Assembly: GCA_963792965.1 (NCBI GenBank)
Contig: CAWBYW010000016.1
Location: 64,001-128,000 of the forward strand
DNA length: 64,000 nt
DNA from: an uncultured delta proteobacterium
GTDB lineage: Bacteria; Desulfobacterota; Zymogenia; Zymogenales; Zymogenaceae
Direction: 5' to 3'
The translations under genes were made by a program, and so were the position numbers. Below, in pieces: positions 51,627-62,200 of the stretch (within the stretch, counting starts at the first letter, position 1; each line of letters starts with the position of its first letter). The notes beneath the pieces were generated by a model that saw only the letters and a list, made by a program, of their open reading frames with translations, did not search any database and was not told the origin of the DNA.

Positions 51627-51917
51627 GTAGCGTGACGGCCCCGGATTAACCGGCGGCTCATCCTAGGCCTTTCCCCGGCGATCGTCAAGGATGAGAGAGG
51701 AATGAGGGGAATGAGTACAATGGAATTAATATACGACGACTATTTTTCATGTCAATAAAAAAATGATACCAAAGTGAAAAAATCGAAAGGGGGGGCGACT
51801 TCCATACCGTCTGGACACGGCCCGACGGCGGTGTTAGCGAGAGCGTCACCGGCTTCTCGGCTGCGCCAAGACGCCTGAGGGGCGGGAAAGACGCGCGACA
51901 ACGAAATCTGCCCCTTC

Positions 51918-51946
51918 TTGACAATAGGGGACATAGGCGTTATACT
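51918..51946 (+). promoter_or_regulatory. near-consensus sigma70 promoter
   Basis: TTGACA-17 nt-TATACT. Confidence 0.7.
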
Positions 51947-51984
51947 TAAAGTATGGTTGTTGTTAATACATGAAGGAGGGTACT

Positions 51985-52155
51985 ATGGCCAAAGTCAATG
52001 TCTCAAATAAGGTCTTCTGGTGGGTTGCGCTGATCCTGCTCATTGTCGGAGGCGTCTCTTTCATTCTCGAACAGCTGGGCGCATTCGCGCTGCCGTATGA
52101 GCTAACGGGGTGGCTGCTGTTGATTTCAGCGCTCCTTTTTGCTTTCGTGGTCTGA
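51985..52155 (+). CDS. small two-TM membrane protein (56 aa)
   Basis: GAAGGAGG RBS, own promoter and terminator, hydrophobic hairpin. Confidence 0.75.
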   Translation: MAKVNVSNKVFWWVALILLIVGGVSFILEQLGAFALPYELTGWLLLISALLFAFVV

Positions 52156-52212
52156 CGCCAGCGTCGCTCGCCGGCGCGTCAGCCTCACAAAGCGATTTAT
52201 CAGAGTGTTTCC

Positions 52213-52246
52213 AAGGTGACCCTTCAACGGGTCACCTTTTTATTTT
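52213..52246 (+). terminator. intrinsic terminator
   Basis: AAGGTGACCC-loop-GGGTCACCTT followed by a T tract. Confidence 0.8.
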
Positions 52247-52263
52247 CCCGGTTACCCCCCCAC

Positions 52264-52494
52264 TCAGCGCTTTTTGACTGCCGCGACAACGAGGAGGATA
52301 ATCCCTCCGGTCAGTGCGACGACTCCCAGTATCGGCGGGAGGGGAAGCGTTTTGGTCTTCTCCGCGGTCACGTGCAAGGGACCGAGCTCGACGACATTCT
52401 CCTGGGTTTTATAGGTAATGCCGTGATAGGCCAGCGCCACGACCCCTAACACGATCAGAATAATCGCAACGACAATCATGACTTTTGGCTTCAT
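52264..52494 (-). CDS. small two-TM membrane protein (DUF3185-like)
   Basis: TM-GITYKTQENVVELGPL..EKTKTLPLPP-TM; GGGAGG RBS. Confidence 0.75.
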   Translation of the reverse strand: MKPKVMIVVAIILIVLGVVALAYHGITYKTQENVVELGPLHVTAEKTKTLPLPPILGVVALTGGIILLVVAAVKKR

Positions 52495-52710
52495 CCAGAC
52501 CTCCCATTCCCTTGCTTCTGGTAACCGCTTTACCCGCCATGATCATCCCTGGATGGCGCGACTAACGCCGGGATAGCGGCATCCCCTGCTACGTCGACCC
52601 TTGCTTAAAGTATTATTTACGCGATACGTTACGGTCCCTTTGAACTCTGCGTCGAGCGGAGTGTAGGTTTCGGTGAGAAGGGACGGCTGCGCCGGCGCGG
52701 CCGTGACGTC

Positions 52711-54117
52711 TCACGTGCGGGCCGTGCGAATCCTCCCGAGGACTTCCGTAAACTCCCGGATGTCCTTCATCTCATCGATTCTCATGGCGGATTCATAGAT
52801 CTCCCGCCATTGGCCGTCGGAAAGGAAGTTTCTCGTGCAGACGAGGAGCTTTTCCCGGATATCGATCGGGTTCTTGTAGGAGCCCTTCATCGCCTCGGTG
52901 AACTTCGAAAACGTCGCACCGTTCTTCATCACGAAGGTGACCTCGCCCGAATTGATTCCCTCCTGCATCTCCCTGACGTCAAGAGACGGATCGGCGGTGA
53001 ACTCTATTTTATCGAAGAAGGCGTGGAGTCTCTTGTCCGCCATCCTCTTCTTCGTAAACTGGGCCTCCGTCAGCTCACCGTCGAGGATCGCCGCCGCCAG
53101 CGGATAGACCGAATTGAAGAAGAGCGGCACCGCGGTCAGGTAATCGGTCTTGACGATCTCGCCTATCAGATCGACCAGCTCGTCGGTAGGCTTGTTGAGG
53201 AGCAGCGTCACCGTGGGGCACCGCACCTGGACCCGGTCGATCGCGTCGCGGTCGATCCCGTGCTCTCGGATCAGGTCAAGGGCGCTGTCCACCAGGGCGT
53301 CCAGCCACCCGCAGCAGGGATAGAGTTTGGGTGAGTGCGTGTCCGTGCGCCAGTCGGTGCCGAGGTCCTTGACCATCTCCGTCAGGTCGTACCGGTCAAA
53401 AATCGCGTTGGAGAAGCCGTCGGGGTGCTCGATGATCTTCCGAAAGCCGTGGAGCCCGCTCTTGGCCAGCGACGCACCGAGGATCCCCGCGTAGACCGGG
53501 GCCCCGGTGATGAACCCCTTGCTCGGGGAAAACCATCCGGCAAACGACTGGGTCATCGGCGGAAAACACGAGATCCCCACCGCGTCCATTATCTGTTCCT
53601 TCGTGAGACGGAAGAGTTTCCCGGCCACGAAGGCGGCATCGATCTGGTGGTTCGGGCACGAGTTGGTGAAAAGACGGCTCTTGATGTAGGCGTGGCCCGT
53701 CCTTCCGGAGATCTCGTTGCCGACGATCAGCGCCGTCAACAGCTCACGGCCGGATGCCCCGACCGCCTCCGCCACCGCCAGGGCGCAGGGGACGGTGGAC
53801 GCGCCGGAGTGCTGGGACCTGAGGTAATCCTCCCACTCGAGCGTCTGGGCGGCCACCGCGTTGGCCATCCCGGCGTGGCGCATGCTGCTCTTGGTGCCAC
53901 GGCCGATGAGGGTCGATTCTTCGCGGTCTCCGAACGACTCGACGCCGGCAAAGAGCGGCGCGAGCTCATCCGTGCGGCTCCCGGCAAGGATCGCCGCGAC
54001 GATGCCGATCACCTGCTCCTTGGCGCAGCCGACGGTCTTTTTCGGAATATCGGTAAACGCGAGGCCGGACGCCCATTCGCTCAGGATCTCCGTTACCGCA
54101 ATGCCTTTCTGTGTCAT
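52711..54117 (-). CDS. MmgE/PrpD family protein
   Basis: LEWEDY..QHSG, ALAVAE..GASGRELL.A...G.E, GITG-like GLHG, KLYPCCG, KGS.KNP. Confidence 0.88.
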   Translation of the reverse strand: MTQKGIAVTEILSEWASGLAFTDIPKKTVGCAKEQVIGIVAAILAGSRTDELAPLFAGVESFGDREESTLIGRGTKSSMRHAGMANAVAAQTLEWEDYLRSQHSGASTVPCALAVAEAVGASGRELLTALIVGNEISGRTGHAYIKSRLFTNSCPNHQIDAAFVAGKLFRLTKEQIMDAVGISCFPPMTQSFAGWFSPSKGFITGAPVYAGILGASLAKSGLHGFRKIIEHPDGFSNAIFDRYDLTEMVKDLGTDWRTDTHSPKLYPCCGWLDALVDSALDLIREHGIDRDAIDRVQVRCPTVTLLLNKPTDELVDLIGEIVKTDYLTAVPLFFNSVYPLAAAILDGELTEAQFTKKRMADKRLHAFFDKIEFTADPSLDVREMQEGINSGEVTFVMKNGATFSKFTEAMKGSYKNPIDIREKLLVCTRNFLSDGQWREIYESAMRIDEMKDIREFTEVLGRIRTART

Positions 54118-54131
54118 GACAAATCCTCCGA

Positions 54132-54530
54132 TTATCCGAGCGGAAGGAGCACCATCGCCTGCATGACCGACGAGAAGCGCTCGACCAGCGCCATATCCTT
54201 CAGGGCGACGACGTCACGGACCGGGTCAAGCTCAAAGCGGAAGACCGTGGCGTAGGTCTTCTTCCCGGTCAGGATTTTCTCCCACTGGTCGCGCGTGGTG
54301 ACAAGGCGCGCGTGGCAAAACGGGTCGTCCCCATCTGTGACGGTCATCCCCTCGGGGGTGATCGTCACGGTATACGCCCGCCCCCCGGCCTCGGCGAGCA
54401 CGACCTTCTTGTGGAGGAGGTCCTCCACGATGCCCATCTGCAGCATGACGGGGATGAGCATATTGAAACGGTCTTTTACCCTGCCGAGCAATTCCAAGAG
54501 TCGTTCATTGTTTTTCACCGGGTTCTTCAT
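54132..54530 (-). CDS. hypothetical protein, possible SCP2-like fold
   Basis: YTVTITPEGMTVTDG...ARLVTTRDQWEKILTGK resembles the SCP2 pattern; 14 nt gap to the MmgE/PrpD gene. Confidence 0.6.
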   Translation of the reverse strand: MKNPVKNNERLLELLGRVKDRFNMLIPVMLQMGIVEDLLHKKVVLAEAGGRAYTVTITPEGMTVTDGDDPFCHARLVTTRDQWEKILTGKKTYATVFRFELDPVRDVVALKDMALVERFSSVMQAMVLLPLG

Positions 54531-54590
54531 GGCCCATTCTCGCTAAAGGGATGAGATAAACGGCAACCCGCGCCCTTCCCGGGCCGAGGC

Positions 54591-55909
54591 CTATTTCAAT
54601 CGTTTGACGATCTCAAAGACTTTTGCCAACGCCTCCCCCTCGTCGAACGTGAGGATCTTCCCCCAGTGATGGACGACCCGCCCCCCACGATCGTGGTCTT
54701 GACATCGAGCCCCCGCGCGGAATAGACGAGGTGGGACTCGTACGAGAAGAGCGGCGCGGCATGGGGACGCGACAGGTCGACGACGATCAGGTCCGCGGCC
54801 ATGCCCGGCGCAAGGCTCCCCACCTCCGTTTCCAGCCCGAGGGCCTCGGCGCCAAGGAAGAGCGAGAGCGAGAGGACGGTTTTGGCGTCCATCTGGGCGG
54901 GGTCCTTCGAGGCAAGCTTATGCCCCTTGGCGCAGAAGTCCATCTCGTAGAAGAGGTCCTGGCGGTTGTTGGAGGCCGGCCCGTCGGTGCCGAGCCCCAC
55001 AGGGATGCCGGCCGCCAACATCGCCGGCACCGGGGCAAGGCCGTTGCCGAGCTTGGCGTTGCTGCCCGGGCAGTGTACCACGGACGCGCCGTACTCGGCC
55101 AGGATATCGATCTCCTCGGGCTCGACGTAGACGGCATGCACCGCGATAAAGGTATCGGAAAGAATACCCTCCCGCGCGAGGAGGCGCACGGGTGTCGCCC
55201 CGTATTTCTGCGTGACCGTCTTCACCTCCGCCTCCGACTCGGCAAGGTGGGTGAAGAGCGGCACTCTGTACTCGTCGCACAGCTCCTTTACCGTGCGGTA
55301 TGTCCGGGGGGAGGCGGTGTAGGGGGCGTGAACGAAGAGGGCCGGGGTCACGAGGCCGCCGCCCTTCTTTTTCGTTTCTTCGAGGAATTGCCTGAGGACC
55401 GATAGGCGCCCGCCGTCGTCCTTCCACTGGGGCTGCGGCCCATCGATGACTCCCTGGGCCGAGATCGCCCTTATCCCCGCGGCGCCGAAGGCCTCGGCGG
55501 CAGAGGAGGCAAAGAAATAGGCGTCGGCGCACGTGGTGATGCCCGAGCGCAGCATCTCGGCGGCCGACACGAGGCTCCCCCAGTAGACCATGTCGCGTCC
55601 CATGAGTTTTTCTTCGGCGGGTATGATCCGATTAAATAGCCAGGTGTCAAACGGGAGGTCATCGGCATAGCCGCGCAGGACCGACATGGCGGCGTGGGTG
55701 TGGCCGTTGATGAGCCCCGGCATGACGAGGTCGCCCCCGGCATCTAAGGTGCGCTCGGCCTCAAATCCGTGGCCGATCTCGAATTCGTCGCCGACCGCGA
55801 CAATCACCCCGTCTTTTATGCAGACGATGCCGCTCGGAAAGCGGCTCCCCCGCTCATCGAAGGTGAGGACCGGACCACCCTTGACGATGAGGTCGACCTT
55901 CTCGGTCAT
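54591..55909 (-). CDS. MTA/SAH deaminase-like amidohydrolase, paralog 2 (frameshift at the C-run near 54685)
   Basis: PGLINGHTHAAM, HAPYT, HLAES, HAV, SNAKLGNG, LGTDGPASNN. Confidence 0.88.
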
Positions 55910-56271
55910 ACGACCACCGACTCGTCATCGGCGCGCCAGGCCGGGTCAACGATGCAATAGAAGACGAGGTCGGAATTGCCCGTGTTCTCGGTCCACTGCA
56001 GCGCCCCGGGGGGGACGTAGACGAGGCTGCCCGCCGAGACCTCGGCCGCCTCATCATTCACGTGCATGATGCCCCGTCCCTCGGTGACGATGAAGACCTC
56101 GGAGGACGATTTCAGCCGGTGGGGCAGGTTCCGGGAGCCCTTCGGCATGCGCGCGACGGCGATCGAGTAATGCGTCGCGACGGGGTCCTTCATGGGCGAC
56201 ATGAGCTCCTTGATCGGCGTCGTGTCGGCGGCCGTGATGCCCGGCGTCTTATGCGGTTCAACGATTTTCAT
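55906..56271 (-). CDS. cupin domain protein
   Basis: PHRLKSSSEVFIVTEGRG, YVPPGALQ, CIVDPAW; ATGA overlap with the downstream gene. Confidence 0.85.
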   Translation of the reverse strand: MKIVEPHKTPGITAADTTPIKELMSPMKDPVATHYSIAVARMPKGSRNLPHRLKSSSEVFIVTEGRGIMHVNDEAAEVSAGSLVYVPPGALQWTENTGNSDLVFYCIVDPAWRADDESVVV

Positions 56272-56296
56272 TTGTTCTACCCGATTAGAGGATTTT

Positions 56297-56377
56297 GGTG
56301 ACACTCTACTTAATTAAGACTCTATAAATTGACGGGGTAGATCTCAATTAAAATTAAGCATGGTGTCCCCCTAATTC
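56297..56377. repeat. inverted-repeat doublet, degenerate copy
   Basis: GGTGACACTCTACTTAATT (56297-56315) ... AATTAAGCATGGTGTCCCCCTAATTC (56352-56377). Confidence 0.75.
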
Positions 56378-56784
56378 TACTTCCTTCTCCCGCACTCAGA
56401 ACAAACACCTTTATGAACACAAATAGTCCCACCACAATCGGGACATGTCCATCTTGATTTTTCGTTTAGTAGAAATTTTGTAATACCCAATTTTTCAATA
56501 TTCCCGAGATTTTCAATCATGCTCATAGTATACTTTGTTCTATATCTTTTGTCCAAATGCTTCAATGTATCGCAGGGAAAATCATTGCATTGAAAACAAA
56601 ACGTTGCCTTTCCATTCTTGAGGACTTCGCAGATTTTGATTTTGCATGTGGTGCGGGTAATCGGCTTGCCAACATCCGAGCCTCTGCATCCACGACATTT
56701 GTTACTTTCTCTCAGATATGCTAAGCAAACACCGCAATTCATCCCACAGGGGGCGATGAGCAAAGCTGCGCCTAATGATGCCAT
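56377..56784 (-). CDS. DUF3795 family Cys-rich protein (low GC)
   Basis: APCGMNCGVC, C.GC, CKIKIC, FCFQCNDFPC, LDKRYR, WTCPDCGGTICVH..CSECG. Confidence 0.88.
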   Translation of the reverse strand: MASLGAALLIAPCGMNCGVCLAYLRESNKCRGCRGSDVGKPITRTTCKIKICEVLKNGKATFCFQCNDFPCDTLKHLDKRYRTKYTMSMIENLGNIEKLGITKFLLNEKSRWTCPDCGGTICVHKGVCSECGRRK

Positions 56785-56811
56785 GCTATTACTATATATT
56801 ATTTCCCAAAA

Positions 56812-56895
56812 GAATTAAGGGGACACAATACTTAATTCACTTTTCTTTGCTTATCCTGAAGGCCCGTTGAATTAAGTATTGTGTCCCCTTAATTC
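56812..56895. repeat. perfect 28-bp inverted-repeat doublet
   Basis: GAATTAAGGGGACACAATACTTAATTCA (56812-56839), 28-nt spacer, exact reverse complement (56868-56895). Confidence 0.95.
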
Positions 56896-56897
56896 GC

Positions 56898-58226
56898 TTA
56901 CCCCACCGACTTCCTCACCCTCCCCGACAGCTCCCGCGCCTTAGCCATGATGTCGGCCGCATCCGCCTTCGTTAGCTTGCCGTCGTGCACCAGCACGTCC
57001 CCGTTGACCAGCACGTCCCGCACGTCGGTGGATTTTGCGGCGTAGACGAGGTGCGAATAGGGGTTGTAGACAGGCGTCAGGTGGGGCTTATTGAAATCGA
57101 CGATGATGAGGTCGGCCTTCTTGCCGACGGCGAGCGTCCCCACCAGCTCACCGAGCCCGAGGGCTCGCGCGCCGTTTTTTGTGGCGGTCTGGAGGACGGT
57201 CTTTGCCTCCATGTGCGTCGGGTCCGCATCGTAGACCTTGTGGAGCTTTGCCAGCGTATCCATCTCCCCGAAGAGGTCAAGGTCGTTGTTGCTGGCGCAT
57301 CCGTCCGTGCCCAGCCCCACGACGATCCCCCGCCCAAGGTACTTGTGCACCGGCGCCCATCCCGAGGCGAGCTTCATGTTGCTCTCGGGGTTGGTGACGA
57401 CGGTAACATTCCTTTCACGCATGATCTCCATCTCGGCATCATCCACCCAGACGGCGTGGAGCGCCGTGAATCTCTCGTTGAGGACGCCCAGGTCGTCCAG
57501 ATACTCAAACGAGCTCTTGCCGTGCTTCTTCTTCACGTCCTCGATGTTTGCACGGGACTCCGCCACGTGGACGATGCAGCGCACCCCAAACCCGTCCGAA
57601 ATCTCCTTTGCCCGCACGAAGAGCTCCGGCGAGCAGGTGTCCAGCGCGTGGGGCTGGATGGAGGGAACGATAAGGGGGTCGCTCTGCCACTTCTTGATGA
57701 AGTTTTCCGTATACTCGAATCCCTTCTCGATGGGCCCGTAGTTCGGGGAGGGAAAGTCATAGAGCACCTCGCCGAGCACCCCCCGCATCCCCATCTCTTT
57801 GGCGGCTCTCGCCGCCGAGTCCTCGAAGAGGTACATGTCACAAAAGGTCGTCACCCCCCCGAGCAGCATCTCCGCGCAGGCGAGCTTCGTCCCCCAGTAG
57901 ACGAAGTCGTCGTCGAGGTTGGCCTTCTCGGCCGGAAAGATATAGTCGCATAGCCACCGCTCCAGCGGCAGGTCGTCGGCGATCCCCCGAAAGAGGCTCA
58001 TGGCCGCATGCGTGTGCCCGTTGACCAACCCCGGCATCACGACGCATCCCGTCGCGTCAATCTCGGTTCTTGCCGCCCAGCGACGGGCGGCATCGCTCCG
58101 TTTCCCCACGAAAGCGATCGCGTCGCCTACGACCACGACCGCGCCGTCTTCAATCGGGACCCCGTCCTCCATCGTCAGGACGATCCCGCCCGAAATAACT
58201 ACGTCCGCGCCGATTCTCTCCGTCAT
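56898..58226 (-). CDS. mtaD: 5'-methylthioadenosine/S-adenosylhomocysteine deaminase family protein
   Basis: NGHTHAAMSLFRG.ADDLPL, FPAE, DMY, PHA, HVAES, PESNMKLASG, GTDGCASNNDLD; ATG after AAGAGGA. Confidence 0.85.
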   Translation of the reverse strand: MTERIGADVVISGGIVLTMEDGVPIEDGAVVVVGDAIAFVGKRSDAARRWAARTEIDATGCVVMPGLVNGHTHAAMSLFRGIADDLPLERWLCDYIFPAEKANLDDDFVYWGTKLACAEMLLGGVTTFCDMYLFEDSAARAAKEMGMRGVLGEVLYDFPSPNYGPIEKGFEYTENFIKKWQSDPLIVPSIQPHALDTCSPELFVRAKEISDGFGVRCIVHVAESRANIEDVKKKHGKSSFEYLDDLGVLNERFTALHAVWVDDAEMEIMRERNVTVVTNPESNMKLASGWAPVHKYLGRGIVVGLGTDGCASNNDLDLFGEMDTLAKLHKVYDADPTHMEAKTVLQTATKNGARALGLGELVGTLAVGKKADLIIVDFNKPHLTPVYNPYSHLVYAAKSTDVRDVLVNGDVLVHDGKLTKADAADIMAKARELSGRVRKSVG

Positions 58227-59087
58227 TCCTCTTTTGTTTCTCCTATCCGCCGGATTACCGCGGCGATCAGTCTGATGAGGTCCGGACCGGTCCTCTTCTC
58301 CCGTGGCGATGATATCGTCGATCAGGATGGGAGCCATGGCGTCGGGGAGGTTAACGTTGGCCACGAGCGAAAAGCCCAACACCCGCATCCTCACGTGCGC
58401 CGCGGTGATCACCTCCATAACCGTCGACATGCCCAGGGCGTCGGCACCGAGGCCGCGAAACATCCTGGTCTCGGCCGCCGTCTCGAGGCTCGGGCCCAAG
58501 ACCCCGATATAGACCCCCCGGTTGACGTGGATGCCCAGCCTGAGCGCCTCCTCTTCGGCGATCTCGATGAGCTCCCGATCATAGGCCTTCGTCATGTCGG
58601 GAAAGCGGGGGCCCAACGTGTCGAGATTGGGGCCGACGAGCGGGTTACGGCCCGTGAAGTTGATCTGGTCGTGGATAACCATGATCTCCCCCGGCCGAAA
58701 GAGCGGATTGAGGCCGCCGGCCGAATTGGTGATGATGAGGGTGTTGATCCCAAGGGCGAAGAGGGCCCGGACGGCAAAGGCGATCTCGGGGGCCGTATAC
58801 CCCTCGTAGAGGTGGAACCGGCCCTCCATGGCCGCCGTCTCCACCCCGGCGATCCTCCCGATATGCAAAATCCCCGCATGACCCTCCGCGGTCGAGACGG
58901 GGAAGTGGGGGATCTCCCCATACGGGATCGAAACCTCCGTCTCCATGACCGCGGAAGTACCGGAAAGTCCCGTGCCGAGGATCACGGCCACGCGCGGACG
59001 GAGGTTTGTCTTGATGAGGATGTGATCGGCCGCCTCGTGGATCTCTTTGATCGCTTTGTCTGCATCGCGGGGGGGCTGGACTGTCAT
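58223..59087 (-). CDS. purine-nucleoside phosphorylase, trimeric family (frameshift near 58295)
   Basis: ILGTGL, IPHFPVST.EGH.G, GRFHLYEG, TNSAGG, GPSLET.AE, GMSTV.E, VAN; corrected end DLIRLIAAVIRRI...stop overlaps the next ATG. Confidence 0.9.
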
Positions 59088-59237
59088 GGTATGACTCCCT
59101 CCACTGAGATAGACCGCTGGACCGGACGGACACAAACGGTCCGTCTGCGGCGCACGGGTGAGTGGCATACGGTCAGCCGGGCCGCATGAGCACACGGCCC
59201 ATCGCGTCCGCGCGGCGCACCGTGCCCGAAAGTATCT

Positions 59238-62200
59238 TTACTTTGCGTTCGGCCGTATGGGCTTGGGCGGGATCGGGGTTTTCTTCTCCTCTTTTGGGAT
59301 CTTTTCGTCGACCGTGGAGAGAAGCTCGGTGATCTCCGCATCGTCGGGGAGCCCGTTTTTAGCCAGCTTCAGGTACTTCTTTGCCTCGGTATAGTTCTTC
59401 ATCTGAAAATAGATGAGCCCGAGCGCTTTTTCCGCCGGCGCGTTTTCGGCCTTGAGGACGAGGGATCGATTGGCCAGCTTCAGCGCCCTATCGAGCTTCT
59501 TGTTTTCTTTCGCGTACAGGAGTGCCGTGTCGGACCAGACCGAGTAGTCGCTCGGGTCAAGCGCGAGCGATTTCTCGTAATATTTGAGGGCCTCCGACAC
59601 CTTTCCGTTCCTGAGGTAGTAATCGCCGATGGTACGGAAGGTGGCATAGTCGTTCGGCTTGAGCTTGACCAGCGCAAGGTAGGCCGCCTCCGCCTTTTCG
59701 GGGTCGGGTTTGGCCTCATAGGTCTCGGCAAGCCCGAGCATCGCGGGGTAGTTGTCCGGTTTTGTCGCCAGCGCCGCCGTCAACAGCTCAACCGCTTTGT
59801 CATACTGCCCCGTGCGGGAATAGCACTGGCCCAACAGATAGTAGACATCGGTGTTGTCGGGGGCCATCTCCCGCGCCTTTTCGAGATACCCGATGGCTTC
59901 ATCAAACTTCCCGGCGATCCTCAGCCCGTCGCCAAGGTCGATGTAGGGCCTCGGGTCGTCGGGGTAGCTCTTCATGAGGTTGGTGTTGAATTCACGCAGC
60001 TTATCGAGCGCAACGTCGTAATCCGGCTTTATCGAGAGACAACGCTTGAGGGAGAGCATCGCCTCTTCCGACCATCCCCGCACGGCGAAGATGACGCCGA
60101 GGTTGTAGTGGGCCTTGTAGTTTTCGGGCTGGATGCGCACGACGTTGTTGAAGGCCGAGATCGCCTCGTCATAGGAGCCGAGCTTGACGTAGTTGGTGCC
60201 GAGGACGAAATAGAGGTCGGCGTTGTCCGGCTCGATCTCAAGCGCTTTCCAGATCGTATCGACGGCGAGCTTGTATTGGCCGGTGTTGGAGTAGCACTCG
60301 GCGACGTAGAGCATTGCCTGGATGTTTTTCGGATCCCGTGAGATCACGTCCGCAAAGACCCCGAGCGCCTTCTCGTAGAGTCCCCCGTCGAAATAGGTCT
60401 GCCCGAGCAGTATCTGCGCGTCGCTATAATCCGGCTTGACTTCAAGCGCCTTTCCGAGGGCCTTGGCCGCTTCGTCGTAGTTGGCCAGTTGGTGATAGGC
60501 AAGCCCGAGCATGAACAGGCCGTCGACGTATTCCGGGGAGTAGGAGACCGCCTTCTTGAAATATTCGAGGGCTTCCGGCGTCTTGCCGCCTTCCATCTTC
60601 AGAATACCGATCTGATAGTAGGCCAGGTAGTTATCCGGGGACTGCTCGATCGATTTTTCGTAGTTCAGGGTGGCATTGTCGGTATCTCCGAGCTTCCAGT
60701 AGACCTGGCCGAGGCTGTAATAGACCAAAAACTGGTTGGGATCGAGCTTGAGCGACTCCTCGTAGGCCGCAATCGACTTGTCGTATTCTTCCCGGTAGTA
60801 GTAGACCTTACCGACCCCCTTGTAGGAGCGGGGGTTGGCCGGATCGATGTCTTGCGCGCGCTCGTAGTAGTCCATGGCCTTGTCGAGCTCACGGTTATCG
60901 AGGTAGGTCTCGGCCATGAGGATCAGCGCATCAAAAAAGCGGGGGTCGATCTTGACTGCCATATCCAAGAGCGCCATGCCGTTGGTCTTTTCTCCCTTTG
61001 CGATATAGATATCCGCAAGCGAGTAGAGGGCCGTCGTGTTCTTCGGGTCGATCTCGACGACCTTCCGGAAGGTCTCGATGGCCGTGTCCTTCTGGCCCAG
61101 AAAGGCATAGAGATTGCCGAGGGCGAGGTAGGCGTCGACATACTTCGGATCCGTGTCGATGGCCTTCTTAAGTATGCGACGATGGCCGATTTCACGTCGC
61201 CGGCCTCGACATAGATCCTGGCCCTGTTATAGTATCCGGGCGCGTATCCCGGTTGTATCTTTATGGCCTTATCGATCGCGGCGATCGCCTTTTTCTTCTC
61301 CCCCATGGCAAGGTAGACACGCGAGAGCTCCACGTAGGCCTCGTAGTAGTCGGGCTTGAGCTTGATGGCCCGCTCCAGCGTGGCGACGGCATCACCGAAC
61401 CTGCCGAAGGACGCATACGACCTGCCGATGGCAAGGTACGCCGGGTAGAAATCGGGCTTTATCTTCAACACGCCCTCATAGACCGATATCGCCCGGTCGA
61501 TATCGCCGATGGCCAGCGCCACTCTCCCGATGTGGTCGTATCCGTCCACGAAATCGGGCCTGAGCTCCACGGCCTTCAGGTATGCCGCCAGGGCGTCCCG
61601 TGATTTCCCCTGGGCCTCCAGCACCGCCCCGAGCTCGTCGTATGCCAGGTAGTGGTGGAATCCAGGGCGACGGCCTCGTTGAGGAACTGCTCGGCCATGA
61701 CGTATTCGCCCTTCTTGAAGTAGGCGACGCCGAGGCCGTAGTCTATATCGGCATCCTTCGCGTCAAGGGCGAGTGCTCGGGAGAAGACCCCGATGGCGTT
61801 ATCGGTGTCGCCCGTCAAAAGGTAGATCGTCCCGAGCTCGGAGAGGACCTTCGGGTTGTCCCCGGCAAGGGCCAGCGCCCGGGTAAGGACTGTCACCGCC
61901 TCGGCGTATTCCTTCTGAGCGGAGAAGACTTCGCCCTTGAGGATATAGATGGAAGGATCGGCGGGGCGCAGCTTCTCGGCCCTCGCGAGAAAGGAGAGCG
62001 CACCCTCAAGGTTCCCCGAGGCCACCGCGTTTCTTGCCGAGAGGATGAGCGCGTCGAAGTGGTTGGGATCGATGGTCAACAGCGCGTCGAGCGCCGTTTT
62101 GGCCCCGGCGAAGTCTCCGAGGTCATACGACAGCTTCGCCATGAGGAGGAGCCCCTCCGGGGAATCCTTCGCCGTCTCGGCCGCCTTCTTATACGCGGCG

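Noticed and set aside
56297-56895. Integron attC sites or a CRISPR mini-array
   Set aside because: No RYYYAAC/GTTRRRY boxes; arms alternate in orientation instead of forming direct repeats with uniform spacers; no intI or cas genes.
56898-59195. Apparent 765-aa PNP-MtaD fusion protein
   Set aside because: The junction (EEDRSGPHQTDRRG) is off-frame. The adjacent frame gives the normal PNP C-terminal helix ending in a TGA that overlaps the mtaD ATG, with an RBS upstream, so an indel is the simpler explanation.
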